DNA of 64,000 bases, from positions 14,508-78,507 of the forward strand of contig JAWKWN010000003.1 in the NCBI GenBank assembly GCA_041397505.1. The letters are read 5' to 3'. Made by a program: the position numbers and the translations under genes. Source of the stretch: Nitratireductor sp. (GTDB taxonomy: Bacteria; Pseudomonadota; Alphaproteobacteria; Rhizobiales; Rhizobiaceae). The notes under the pieces are model-generated. The model was not told the origin of the DNA, ran no database searches, and saw only the letters and a program-made list of their open reading frames with translations. Shown one piece after another: positions 22,663 through 33,177 of this stretch; the first letter of the stretch is position 1, and every line of letters starts with the position of its first letter.

Positions 22663-24573
22663 TCAGGACGCCTGCCTTGCAGAGCCATCACCTGACGCCG
22701 GCAGATTCCCACCATGACCGCGCTGACTGTTCAGCCGTTTCACATGTGCCAGAACAAGCGTAACCGCTGCAGGGGTCATTCCTTCGATTCGCAACGCCTG
22801 GCCAATATTTTCGGGTCGCACCTTTTCCAGCTTGGAGATCAGTTCGTTGGAAAGCCCAGACATCGAGCGGTAGTCAATGCCTTCGGGTATTGCCAGTGAC
22901 TCATCACGACGCATGGACGCAATATCACTATCCTGTCGGTCGAGGTAAACGGAATAGCCGGCTTCGATTTCCAACTGTTCGACAATATCCGGATTGACGC
23001 TCGCAAGATCCGGCCAGATGCGGGTCAGGTCCGAAAACTCTATTCCCGGATAAGCAAGCAGATCCCATCCACTGCGCCTCACACCATCCTGGTTGACCTT
23101 CAGCCCGTATGTGGCCGCTACATTCGGGCTTAGCATCCATGTCTTCAGCTGATCCCGCCAGGTTTCGATCTCTTTGAGCTTTGCAGAGAAGGCAGCAGCG
23201 CGCGCTGCGCCCACACATCCGATTTCCATCCCGAAGCGTGTCAGGCGCTGATCGGCATTGTCTGACCGCAGCGACAGGCGATATTCCGCGCGCGATGTGA
23301 ACATACGATAGGGTTCAGACACACCCCTGGTAATCAGATCGTCGATCATCACACCGATATAGCTGTTGGTTCGACTGAAAGTGACTGCGTCGGAGCCCCC
23401 GGCCTTCCGGGCGGCATTCATGCCCGCCACAAGGCCTTGCGCCGCGGCCTCTTCATAGCCCGTCGTGCCGTTGATCTGGCCCGCAAGGAAAAAGCCGTCA
23501 ACGAGGCGAAGTTCCAGTGATGCTGTCAATTCCACTGGATCGACATGATCATATTCGATGGCATAGCCGGGTTGCAGGATAGTCACCGCCTCCAGCCCCG
23601 GTATGGTGCGAATGAAAGCCTCCTGAACATCTTCGGGGAGCGATGTTGAAATTCCATTCGGGTAAACTGTGTGATCATCAAGACCTTCCGGCTCGAGGAA
23701 AATCTGGTGCCCGTCCCTTTCACCAAACCGGACAATCTTGTCTTCGATTGACGGGCAATAGCGCGGACCGGTACCCGCTATCTGGCCGGAATACATGGCA
23801 GACCTGCCAATATTCTGCTCTATGATCCTATGCGTTTCTGGCGTGGTGCGCGTAATACCGCATTCGATTTGCGGATTCGTGATCTGCCTGGTCATGGTCG
23901 AAAATGGAACAGGGTCCGGATCTGCCGCCTGCATGGCAAGGGATTGCCAGTTTATGGTTCTGCCATCCAGCCTCGCGGGAGTACCTGTTTTCAGTCTGCC
24001 GAGGCGCAATCCTGTCCGCTCAAGCGTTGCCGACAATCCTTGTGCCGGCGCTTCACCGACCCGACCTGCAGGAATTTTCTTGTCACCAATATGAATAAGC
24101 CCCCGCAGGAAGGTCCCCGTCGTCAATACGGCACAGCGGCAGTCAATTACGTTTCCATCCGCCAGAACCACCCCATTCAGCACACCATCGCGAATGACAA
24201 CATCTTCGACAGCAGCTTCAATAACCTGAAGTCCTTGTGTGTTGCTGATCTCGGCCTGCATGGCAATGCGATAGAGCTTGCGGTCTGCCTGGGTCCTGGG
24301 ACCGCGAACAGCTGGTCCCTTGCGCCGGTTCAGCATTCTGAACTGAATCCCGGCAGCATCAGCAACCCTGCCCATCAGGCCATCCAGCGCATCGACCTCG
24401 CGGACAAGCTGCCCCTTGCCCAGGCCGCCAATGGCCGGATTGCAGGACATGACGCCGATCGTATCCGCGATGCGTTACCAATGCGGTCTGGCACCCATGC
24501 GCGCAGATATGGCTGCCGCCTCGCAGCCGGCATGGCCACCGCCAATCACCACAACATCAAACTGCATGCTCAT
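22663..24573 (-). pseudogene. mnmG: tRNA uridine 5-carboxymethylaminomethyl modification enzyme MnmG, two frameshifts near 24466 and 24486
   Basis: The 595-aa ORF 22663..24450 lacks the FAD-binding N-terminus. [29 protein letters not shown] (ATG at 24573) is upstream in another frame. A short middle piece TALVTHR is in a third frame. Confidence 0.9.
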
Positions 24574-24707
24574 CTTCTGTATCCTGTCCGACTCCAGCCA
24601 GCGCCTAGCCAGATGTCTTTTGCTTATTAGGCCGAATGCCATTCCACGTCAAAGAGACGTCCGTCAGAACTTCGTCCGCTCAAGCGAGAACTTCGCAAGG
24701 CCTGTTT

Positions 24708-24723
24708 TGTTTCACGTGAAACA
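24708..24723. repeat. perfect 16-bp palindrome TGTTTCACGTGAAACA in the mnmE-mnmG intergenic region
   Basis: Read directly. A 15/16 copy TGTTTCACGTGAATCA at 24752-24767 overlaps the mnmE stop codon. Confidence 0.9.
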
Positions 24724-24764
24724 TGCATTCAGGATGTACCAGACATCATATTGTTTCACGTGAA

Positions 24765-26072
24765 TCATTTGCCAATGCAAAACTCGGAAAATATAACATC
24801 CAACAGATCATCGACATCAACCCGCCCTGTTACCTTGCCGATCTCATCGCAGGCCATCCGCAGCATTTCACTACGCAGTTCCGAACCGAGATATTGGGCA
24901 TCAGCGGCCTCGGCACAATAACTCCGACACTTTGCTATCGCCGCCCGGTGCCGTTCCCTCGTCACAACCGCCGGAGCCGCTACATCATGTATTTCCGCGA
25001 GAAACGCCCTGATCGAACTGAACAACGGCTCCAAACCATTCTCCCTGTTCACCGAAATCCCATTATCGCCCGCCAATCGAGCATCATCCTTGGACTTGAA
25101 ACGCAGCATTCTGACAGTTGCCAACTCTGGCAAGTCTGTATCGATGCCCACAGTCATCGCATCAACGGGTTCCAGATAGACCACAAGATCGGCCATTGAA
25201 GCTCTTTCCCGCGCGCGCCGAATTCCTTCCCGCTCGACAAGCCCGTCGGTTTCCCTAAACCCGGCTGTATCGACTACGGTCACAGCAAAACCGTCAATAT
25301 CGAGCTGCACCTCCAGCAGATCCCGCGTGGTACCTTCTTCCGGTGTCACAATTGCGATATCACGCCTCGCAAGAGCATTGATAAGGCTCGATTTGCCCGC
25401 ATTGGGTGGGCCAAGAATAACGATCTGATAACCATCTCGAATGATTTCGCCGCGTCTCGAATCATCCAGCACCGCACCCAATTCCCGCGCCAGCTTCCGG
25501 GCATCCTCCCAAACGCCATCGGCAACGCTTCCAGGGACATCTTCCTCATCCGCGAAATCAAAGTCTGCCTCGAGCAAGGCACGCATCCGCACAAGCCTGC
25601 TCCGCCATTCTTCCATTTGCTTGCGCAATCCGCCGCTTGCCTGAGCAAGTGCCTGGCGACGCTGTGTCTCGGTCTGGGCCTGTATGAGGTCTGAAAGGCC
25701 CTCGATCTCCGTAAGGTCAAGCCTGCCATTCTCAAAGGCGCGCCGTGAGAACTCACCTGGTTCAGCCAGTCGCAAGCCGTCGAAGGCACTCAGCTCCTCA
25801 AGCAGCGCCGAAACGACTGCCCTGCCACCCTGCACCTGAAACTCGCAGCAATCCTCGCCAGTAAAGCTCTTGGGCCCTGGGAACCAAAGCACCACGCCCT
25901 CGTCCAGCAACATCCCCGCAGATGACCACAATTTGCGGAGACTGGCCCGCCGTGGTTTCGGCACCTTCCGGCAAAATGTTTCGACAACGAATCGAGTCCG
26001 GGGGCCGGAAATCCTGATGACAGCAACACCACTTGGAATGGAACCGCTGGAAAGCGCAAAGATAGTGTCCAT
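24765..26072 (-). CDS. mnmE: tRNA modification GTPase MnmE
   Basis: Intact ORF. I chose the start MDTIFALSSG. G-domain GPPNAGKSSLINAL and DTAG are present, with the C-terminal CIGK. Confidence 0.92.
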   Translation of the reverse strand: MDTIFALSSGSIPSGVAVIRISGPRTRFVVETFCRKVPKPRRASLRKLWSSAGMLLDEGVVLWFPGPKSFTGEDCCEFQVQGGRAVVSALLEELSAFDGLRLAEPGEFSRRAFENGRLDLTEIEGLSDLIQAQTETQRRQALAQASGGLRKQMEEWRSRLVRMRALLEADFDFADEEDVPGSVADGVWEDARKLARELGAVLDDSRRGEIIRDGYQIVILGPPNAGKSSLINALARRDIAIVTPEEGTTRDLLEVQLDIDGFAVTVVDTAGFRETDGLVEREGIRRARERASMADLVVYLEPVDAMTVGIDTDLPELATVRMLRFKSKDDARLAGDNGISVNRENGLEPLFSSIRAFLAEIHDVAAPAVVTRERHRAAIAKCRSYCAEAADAQYLGSELRSEMLRMACDEIGKVTGRVDVDDLLDVIFSEFCIGK

Positions 26073-26192
26073 CACCCTACTGAATCCTGGCCAAGGAGAG
26101 ACTTGGCTGACCACGAATTGTTCCACACCCGAATCGGAAGACCGGGTCTGTCATCAAAGCTCGCGCAACCTTCAGGTGGTAGCCGGTCGCCC

Positions 26193-27457
26193 TCAGGTGT
26201 TCATCGTGTCGAAAAATTCGCTGTTCGTCTTCGTTTGCTTCAGCTTGTCGATCAGGAATTCTATGGCATCCGTCGTGCCCATCGATGACAGGATCCGGCG
26301 CAGCACGAATACCTTCTGCAGATCAGCCCGCGGTACCAGGAGGTCCTCTTTCCGGGTACCGGACTTGAGAATATCCATTGACGGATAAACCCGCTTGTCT
26401 GCCACCTTGCGATCAAGAACAATTTCAGAGTTACCCGTACCCTTGAATTCCTCGAAGATCACTTCATCCATGCGCGATCCGGTATCGATAAGCGCAGTCG
26501 CAATGATCGTAAGCGAACCGCCTTCCTCGATATTTCGTGCAGCACCAAAAAAGCGCTTCGGCCGCTGAAGTGCATTGGCGTCCACGCCACCGGTCAATAC
26601 CTTGCCGGATGAAGGGACAACGGTGTTATAGGCACGGCCGAGGCGTGTGATCGAATCGAGCAGGATGACAACATCCCTTCCATGCTCGACCAGACGCTTG
26701 GCCTTTTCGATAACCATTTCGGCAACCTGAACATGGCGCGCCGCAGGTTCATCGAACGTGGACGATACCACTTCGCCTTTGACCGAACGCTGCATGTCGG
26801 TAACTTCCTCAGGCCGTTCGTCGATCAGCAGCACGATCAGGTAGCTCTCTGGATGATTCGCCGTGATCGAATGGGCTATGTTTTGCAGCAATACCGTTTT
26901 ACCGGTACGCGGCGGTGCCACAATAAGCGCACGCTGCCCCTTGCCGAGCGGTGCCACAAGGTCGATTACCCGCGCTGACAAATCCTTCGTCGTCGGATTG
27001 TCGACTTCCATCCTGTAGCGTTCATCGGGATAGAGCGGTGTCAGATTGTCAAAATGCACCTTGTGGCGGATCTTCTCCGGATCCTCGAAATTGATTGTAT
27101 TGACCTTGAGCAACGCAAAATAGCGCTCCCCTTCCTTTGGTCCGCGGATCGGCCCTTCGACAGTGTCACCGGTCTTCAGGGAGAAGCGCCGGATCTGCGA
27201 TGGCGAGATGTAGATATCATCCGGACACGGCGAGATGATGGCACTGGCCGAGCGAAGAAAGCCGAACCCGTCCTGCAGGATTTCAACAACGCCTTCGCCG
27301 ATGATCTCGACTTCCTGCTCTGCAAGGTTCTTCAGGATCGCAAACATCAGCTCCTGCTTGCGCATGGTGCTGGCATTCTCGACCTCAAGCCCTTCTGCAA
27401 AGGAAACAAGATCAGTGGGTGTTTGGCTTTGAGTTCCTGAAGCTTCATCTGCTGCAT
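26193..27457 (-). pseudogene. rho: transcription termination factor Rho, apparent frameshift at codon ~12 (near 27423)
   Basis: The body is intact (RNA-binding domain, Walker A PPRTGKT, 427-aa ORF 26193..27476 with a TTG start). The canonical N-terminus [12 protein letters not shown] is in another frame and joins at [16 protein letters not shown] through a one-base shortfall in an A run. Confidence 0.88.
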
Positions 27458-27647
27458 GAAGGCGATATCCGATCAAGAGAAATGGGAGAATTGGGATATG
27501 GTTGGCACAGCAGACCTTTTGGTCGATACCGTGGCACTGAGAAGGCCTCGAGCCATGATCCCTTTGGAAGGTAGGCCAAGGATAGACAACCGCGTTGATT
27601 CCCTCAAGCGAAATCTTGCAGCAGTTATCAAAGGCACAAAACGCCGT

Positions 27648-28192
27648 TCAAAACGGACGAACAATCACCATGACTACAATCACGATCATCAGCACAGTGG
27701 GTATCTCGTTGATCATCCGCCACTGGCGCGCAGTATAGGGATTGCGATCCTCGCCGAACAACCGCACGCCCTTTGCCAGCAGACCATGGGCGCCCGACAT
27801 TGCCAACACGCCTGCAAACTTCACGACAAACCAGCCATCGCTCCACAGATCGCTTTCCACGCCATCCAGACACCGAGAACCCAGGCGATGGTCATCGCCG
27901 GGTTCATGATGATGCGCAGCAAGCGTTGCTCCATGACCTTGAAGGTCTCCGACTGGACTGACCCGGCTTCGGCGTCGCAATGATAGATAAACAATCGCGG
28001 CAGGTAAAACATCCCGGCCATCCAGGAGATGACCGCCATGATGTGTACGGCCTTGACCCAAAGATAAAATCTCGACGGGTCAAGCCAGAACACCAGGCCG
28101 GCGAGCAACACGAAGATCGCCAGCGCCACAAAGGCACGCTTGGCTGCCTTTGCACCGCTACCGCCTCCAGATCGGTTGTCGATACTAGCCAC
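27648..28192 (-). pseudogene. hemJ: HemJ-type protoporphyrinogen oxidase (UPF0093 membrane protein), one frameshift near 27850
   Basis: ORF 27821..28225 (…LWVKAVHIMAVISWMAGMFYLPRLFIYH…AWVLGVWMAW) continues in ORF 27648..28061 (SDLWSDGWFVVKFAGVLAMSGAHG…). The start is uncertain: GTG at 28192, or ATG at 28219/28225 overlapping the hemE 3' end. Confidence 0.7.
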
Positions 28193-29261
28193 GAACGCGT
28201 GCCACCATCTGTTCGACATGCGCAATCGGTGTGTCGGGCGTTATCCCGTGTCCCAGATTGAATACCAGTGAGCCAGCACCAAGCTCCTCGATTATCCTGT
28301 CAACGCCTGCATCAAGCGCTGCACCGCCTGCAATCAGACGCATCGGATCAAGATTACCCTGCACCGTACACTCCCGCTGCAACTGTTTTGCCTGCGAGAA
28401 AGGCACTGACCAGTCGAGACCAAGCGCATTGACACCCGTTGCTGCGCGGTATCCTGAATATTGCGAACCCGCACCTTTCGGAAAACCGATCACGATCGCA
28501 TCGGGTTTCTGCCTACGCAGCCGCTCGACCATCCGTTTAACGGGTGCCACACACCATCTGTTGAAATCATCCTCGCCCAGAACCCCGGACCATGAATCGA
28601 AAATCTGCACAGCATCAGCACCAGCATCAATCTGGCTCGCCAGATAGTCAGCAGACACGTCCGCCAGCAAATTCAGCAATTTCTCGAATGCATCAGGATG
28701 CCGGTACGAAAACAACCTTGCCGGTGCCTGGTCCGGTGTACCGTGTCCGGCAATCATGTATGTGGCTACCGTCCAGGGCGCACCGCAAAATCCCAACAAG
28801 GTTGTCTCGTGCGGCAGAGACGACCGTATCAGTGAAACCGCTTCCATTACCGGCTTCAATCGCTGGGACCAGTTACCAGCTTCCAGAGCCATGATTTCAT
28901 CGACACTGATTGGTTCCAGCAGAGGGCCACGTCCCTCCTCGAAGCGAACATTGCGGCCAAGTGCATCAGGAACAACAAGAATATCCGAAAACAGGATTGC
29001 CGCATCAAACCCGAAACGCCTGATTGGCTGCAATGTCACTTCACAAGCCAGCTCGGGGTTGTAACAAAGATCCAGAAATCCACCCGCCTGTTTGCGTGTT
29101 TCACGATATTCAGGAAGATAACGTCCAGCCTGTCGCATCATCCAGATGGGTGGCCGATCCATCCTGGATCCCTTCAGAACCTGCAAAACCTTGCGACTTT
29201 CAACCTTGTCCACATTTGTCTCCAAATAAGAAATTTCGATCTTGTTTAGATTTTGATTCAT
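28185..29261 (-). CDS. hemE: uroporphyrinogen decarboxylase
   Basis: Intact ORF with [17 protein letters not shown] preferred the ATG at 29261 (MNQNLNK...) to the 388-aa maximal ORF, whose extra N-terminus has no HemE counterpart. Confidence 0.9.
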   Translation of the reverse strand: MNQNLNKIEISYLETNVDKVESRKVLQVLKGSRMDRPPIWMMRQAGRYLPEYRETRKQAGGFLDLCYNPELACEVTLQPIRRFGFDAAILFSDILVVPDALGRNVRFEEGRGPLLEPISVDEIMALEAGNWSQRLKPVMEAVSLIRSSLPHETTLLGFCGAPWTVATYMIAGHGTPDQAPARLFSYRHPDAFEKLLNLLADVSADYLASQIDAGADAVQIFDSWSGVLGEDDFNRWCVAPVKRMVERLRRQKPDAIVIGFPKGAGSQYSGYRAATGVNALGLDWSVPFSQAKQLQRECTVQGNLDPMRLIAGGAALDAGVDRIIEELGAGSLVFNLGHGITPDTPIAHVEQMVARVRG

Positions 29262-29626
29262 AGAGTCTGTGAATAGCGGTAACTGCAATCCGTTGCCGAT
29301 CCATTCACAGCCATCCTCCACGAACCAGCTGGAAACAAAATCCCCAACCAATCTGTGAACAGTGGTGATAAGTTAAAAAACCATTACAAATCAGATAGTT
29401 AAATCAGACCGTAGTTCCCTTTTCCGGTGAATAACCCGAAAATGAACGTGGTTTTCCAATCTCTCCACACAATTCACATCCTGTGAAGAATATCCTTTAC
29501 AAGCAGACGCCTGTGAAAGCAAAACGGGACAGCGGGCATAATTCCACATCCGTGTCTCCGCATCAGGCAGTTATCCACATCTGTCAACAGATGCCGCCGA
29601 CCCGGTGGCATTGCAATGGACTGGCC
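29262..29626. other. candidate chromosomal replication origin (hemE-linked oriC)
   Basis: The gap holds a perfect DnaA box TTATCCACA at 29571-29579. TCCACA-core variants lie at 29461-29469 and 29540-29548. TGTGAA/TTCACA half-box variants lie at 29268, 29304, 29354, 29473, 29482 and 29512. An AT-rich stretch at 29370-29405 contains TTAA-N7-TTAC (29373-29387). GANTC sites lie at 29255 and 29263. The eight genes to the left are all on the minus strand and the four to the right are all on the plus strand. Confidence 0.55.
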
Positions 29627-30471
29627 ATGACCGAAAGATTTTTCCACCTGCACCTGATTTCCGATGCGACCGGTGAGACGCTGATGGCAACAAGCCGGGC
29701 AGTGACATCCCAATACAAGCAGACCCAGGCAATCGAGCATGTCTATCCGCTTGTCAGGAGCAGGAAGCAGATGGATACCGTGATTGATGCGATTGATCGC
29801 GAGCCGGGCATGGTACTCTACACCATTACCGACACCGAACTCGGTAGCCATCTCGAAGAGCGTTGCCGCTCGATGGGAATTCCCTGCGTTTCCGTCCTCG
29901 AACCGATCTTTCAGGCATTTCAGTCCTATCTGGGAATGCCATCGCTGCGAAGGTCGGGGCCCAGCATGAGCTCAATGCGGAATATTTCTCCCGGATTGAT
30001 GCACTCAACTTCACCATGATGCACGACGATGGTGCATTGCCCGAAAATATCGAGGATGCTGACGTAATCCTCATCGGCATTTCCCGCACGTCGAAAACCC
30101 CAACCAGCATCTACCTCGCCAATCGCGGTATCAAGACAGCGAATGTTCCTCTGGTTCCTGGCATAGAGCCGCCAGCAGCACTACTTTCAGCCAAAAGACC
30201 TTTGGTGGTAGCCCTTATTGCCTCAACCGACCGAATCTTCCAGGTCCGCCAAAACCGGATATTGGGATTGGCAAGCCAGAATCCAAGCCCGGGTTACATC
30301 GACCGGGCCAGCATCGCGGAGGAATTGGCACAAACCCGGAAATTGTGTGCACGCAATGGTTGGCCTATGATTGATGTTTCGCGCAAATCCATTGAGGAGA
30401 CCGCGGCGGCAATCATCGCACTCAAGAGCCGTCACGCGACGGAGACTTCCAACGAGGACTACAGCAAATGA
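29627..30471 (+). pseudogene. DUF299 kinase/pyrophosphorylase (pyruvate phosphate/water dikinase regulatory protein), one frameshift near 29933
   Basis: MTERFFHLHLISDATGETL...SYLG | [33 protein letters not shown]...[21 protein letters not shown]. The shift is at a GGG run. Confidence 0.8.
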
Positions 30472-31117
30472 ACAATGCTGAGAGCAACCGGGCAAGGAAT
30501 GATGCGATGGGGCATCAGCCAGCTCCGGATCTGGTGCTGGCATCAGGATCGCGATTTCGCGCAACATTATTGAGCAATGCAGGCATTTCGTTCCGCGCTG
30601 ATCCTGCCAGAATATCCGAACGCGATGTCGAGGCGCCGCTGGCCGGTTCGGGGCTGGACGGTGGTGAAATCGCGATCGTGCTGGCGCTTGCCAAGGCGGA
30701 AGAGGTTGCGCTGCGAAATCCCGGTTCCTGGGTGATAGGTTGCGACCAGACATTGAGCCTTGATGGCGAACTGCTGCACAAACCTGCCAATCTGGACGAA
30801 GCCAGACGAAGGCTGTTGCAATTGTCCGGTCGTGAACATCACCTCAACAGCGCGATCTGCCTGCAACGCGATGATGAGACCCTGTGGCAACATGTCGAGA
30901 CCTGCACCATCCGGTTTCGCGACCTGGATCCCGGTTTTGTCGGCAGGCACATCTCGCGCGTCGGCGATGTGGTCCTGTCGAGCGTCGGCGCCTATCAGAT
31001 CGAGGGTGAGGGGGTGCAGCTATTCGACAACATCCGGGAGATTATTTTTCCATCATGGGTTTGCCATTGCTACAACTTCTGGCAAAGCTCCGGGAACTGG
31101 AGCTGATTGACAGATGA
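30468..31117 (+). pseudogene. maf: Maf family nucleotide pyrophosphatase, one frameshift near 31035
   Basis: LVLASGSRFR...AYQIEGEGVQLFDNIR | GDYFSIMGLPLLQLLAKLRELELIDR*. The shift is at cggg-ag. The restored stop overlaps the coaE ATG (ATGA at 31114-31117). Confidence 0.85.
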
Positions 31118-31753
31118 GCAGCGCAGAACGGCCTGAACCGGCAAAAATGACCATACTCGGCCTGACCGGCTCCATCGGCATGGGCAAGTCAACGACCGCA
31201 CAGATGTTTCGGGATCAGGGCATCCCGGTTCATGATGCCGATGCAACAGTCCATGCGCTCTATTCCGGCAAGGCCGGCCCGTTGATCGAGGCCAGATTTC
31301 CCGGAACCCTGAAAAACGGTACCGTGGACAGGGTGGAACTGGCAAAACAGGCGCTGGGTGATCCCCAGTCTTTGCAAGACACGGAATCCATCATTCATCC
31401 ACTTATTCGCGAAGATGAGCTTGAATTTCTGGAGCTGAACCGCCAAAATGGCTGTGACCTTGTGATCCTCGACAATCCGCTTCTGTTTGAAACAGGCAGC
31501 GCCGGGCGGGCTGACCTTGTCGTCGTTGTCACCGCCAGTTCAGAGGAACAGAAACGCCGTGTCATGGCGCGACCCGGAATGACCGAGGAAAAATTCGACA
31601 AACTGCTTGCCCGCCAGATGCCCGATTCCGAGAAACGCCGCCGTGCCGATTTCATCATAGATACAGGCCACGGCCTTGATGCCCGCGCGCGCAAGGGTCG
31701 GGGAAATAATCGACACCATCCGGTCCGGCGATCTCCGCAGCAAAAAGCCGTGA
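31114..31753 (+). pseudogene. coaE: dephospho-CoA kinase, one frameshift near 31686 affecting the last ~22 codons
   Basis: ILGLTGSIGMGKST Walker A is present. The C-terminus is restored as ...GLDAARARVGEIIDTIRSGDLRSKKP* in the +1 frame, at a CCC run. Confidence 0.85.
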
Positions 31754-31776
31754 ACTGAACCAGAGAGCCTGAAAAC

Positions 31777-32484
31777 ATGCGTGAAATCGTTTTCGACACG
31801 GAAACCACTGGTCTCAAACCCGAAGATGGTGAGCGGGTCATCGAAATTGGTGCAGTGGAACTGGAAAACCGGTTTCCCACCGGTCGCAGTTTCCATGTCT
31901 ATATCAACCCGCAGGGCCGCGAGGTTCACCCGGAGGCTTTGCGTGTACACGGGATCGAAAACAGTTTTCTGATCGACAAACCGCCATTTCAGGACATCAT
32001 CGAAGATTTTCTCGAATTCATTGGCGATGGCGTTCTGGTCGCTCACAATGCCACTTTTGACATGAAATTCATCAATTCGGAGCTGGCCCGGCTTGGCATG
32101 CCGGCATTCCCCGAGGACCGGGTGATCGACACCTTGATGCTGGCACGTCGCAAGCATCCCATGGGCCCCAACTCCCTGGACGCATTGTGCTCGCGCTACA
32201 ATGTGGACAATACCCACCGCACCAGACACGGCGCGCTCCTCGACAGTGAATTGCTGGCCGAGGTCTATATCGAAATGAATGGCGGCAGGCAGGCTACGCT
32301 ACTGCTTGATTCTGACCAGAAGGAAACGGGCAATACCGATGACGAGCCGGTCATCAGCTTTGAACGCCGCCAGCGATCAAAGCCGTTGCCATCGCGTTTG
32401 ACCATCGACGAAATCGAGCGCCACAAGCAATTTCTTGCCACCATCGGCGACAAGGCAATCTGGAAAGACTGGTTGCAGGATTGA
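31777..32484 (+). CDS. dnaQ: DNA polymerase III subunit epsilon
   Basis: 235-aa intact ORF with Exo motifs FDTETTG, VAHNATFD and HGALLDSELLAEVY. Confidence 0.95.
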   Translation: MREIVFDTETTGLKPEDGERVIEIGAVELENRFPTGRSFHVYINPQGREVHPEALRVHGIENSFLIDKPPFQDIIEDFLEFIGDGVLVAHNATFDMKFINSELARLGMPAFPEDRVIDTLMLARRKHPMGPNSLDALCSRYNVDNTHRTRHGALLDSELLAEVYIEMNGGRQATLLLDSDQKETGNTDDEPVISFERRQRSKPLPSRLTIDEIERHKQFLATIGDKAIWKDWLQD

Positions 32485-32532
32485 GGCAAACCTGGCTGCA
32501 GGTGCCGCCTGACCGGAGACACCTGCTTCGGT

Positions 32533-33045
32533 TCAGTTGGTCTGGCGACCAGCCTGGTTTTCAGCAAGCCTCGACTGATACAGGCGTGCAAAATCGACGG
32601 GATCGATCATCAGCGGCGGGAAACCGCCATTGCGCGTGGCATCGGATACGATCTGGCGCGCAAACGGGAACAGGAGGCGCGGGCATTCAATCAGCAATGC
32701 CGGTTGCATGGCTTCCTGCGGCAGGCCCTGAAGCCTGAAAATGCCGCCATAGGTCAATTCGACGTTGAAGAGAATCTCTTCCCCATCCTGCGCCTTGGCT
32801 TCGAGTTTCAGGATCACTTCGAAATCGGTCTGCGACAGGCCATTGGCACCGACATTGATATTGATGCTGATTTCGGGCGAAGACTGCACGGGGCGCAATG
32901 AATTGGGCGAACCCGGATTCTCGAACGAAAAATCCTTGATATACTGCGCCATGACGCTCAGCATCGGGCCGCTGGCCTCCTTGCCTGCGCCATTGTCTTC
33001 ATTGCCATTGGTTGCCTTGGGGCTTTCCTTGGGAGCCTTGGTCAT
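32533..33045 (-). CDS. secB: protein-export chaperone SecB
   Basis: 170-aa intact ORF ([10 protein letters not shown]..., [29 protein letters not shown]). Confidence 0.95.
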   Translation of the reverse strand: MTKAPKESPKATNGNEDNGAGKEASGPMLSVMAQYIKDFSFENPGSPNSLRPVQSSPEISININVGANGLSQTDFEVILKLEAKAQDGEEILFNVELTYGGIFRLQGLPQEAMQPALLIECPRLLFPFARQIVSDATRNGGFPPLMIDPVDFARLYQSRLAENQAGRQTN

Positions 33046-33177
33046 CTTTTCGATCCCGTCTGAACTGTTGGCAGATGTCCCGGTCGCCTGACCGCAAATA
33101 TCGGCCTTGTTGGTAAAGGTTGCGTGTGGCTAGCACGCAAACAGCCTATTCACAAGCTTTGAGCGTAGCGGCAAAGC

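Noticed and set aside
29262-29351. 5' extension of the hemE ORF (388 aa versus about 358 aa)
   Set aside because: The extra N-terminal residues have no HemE counterpart and overlap the DnaA-box/GANTC region. The internal ATG at 29261 gives a normal-length protein.
32498-32526. GCAGGTG...CACCTGC hairpin between convergent dnaQ and secB as a bidirectional terminator
   Set aside because: It has only a 7-bp stem with a 15-nt loop and no T-tract on either strand, which is too weak to call.
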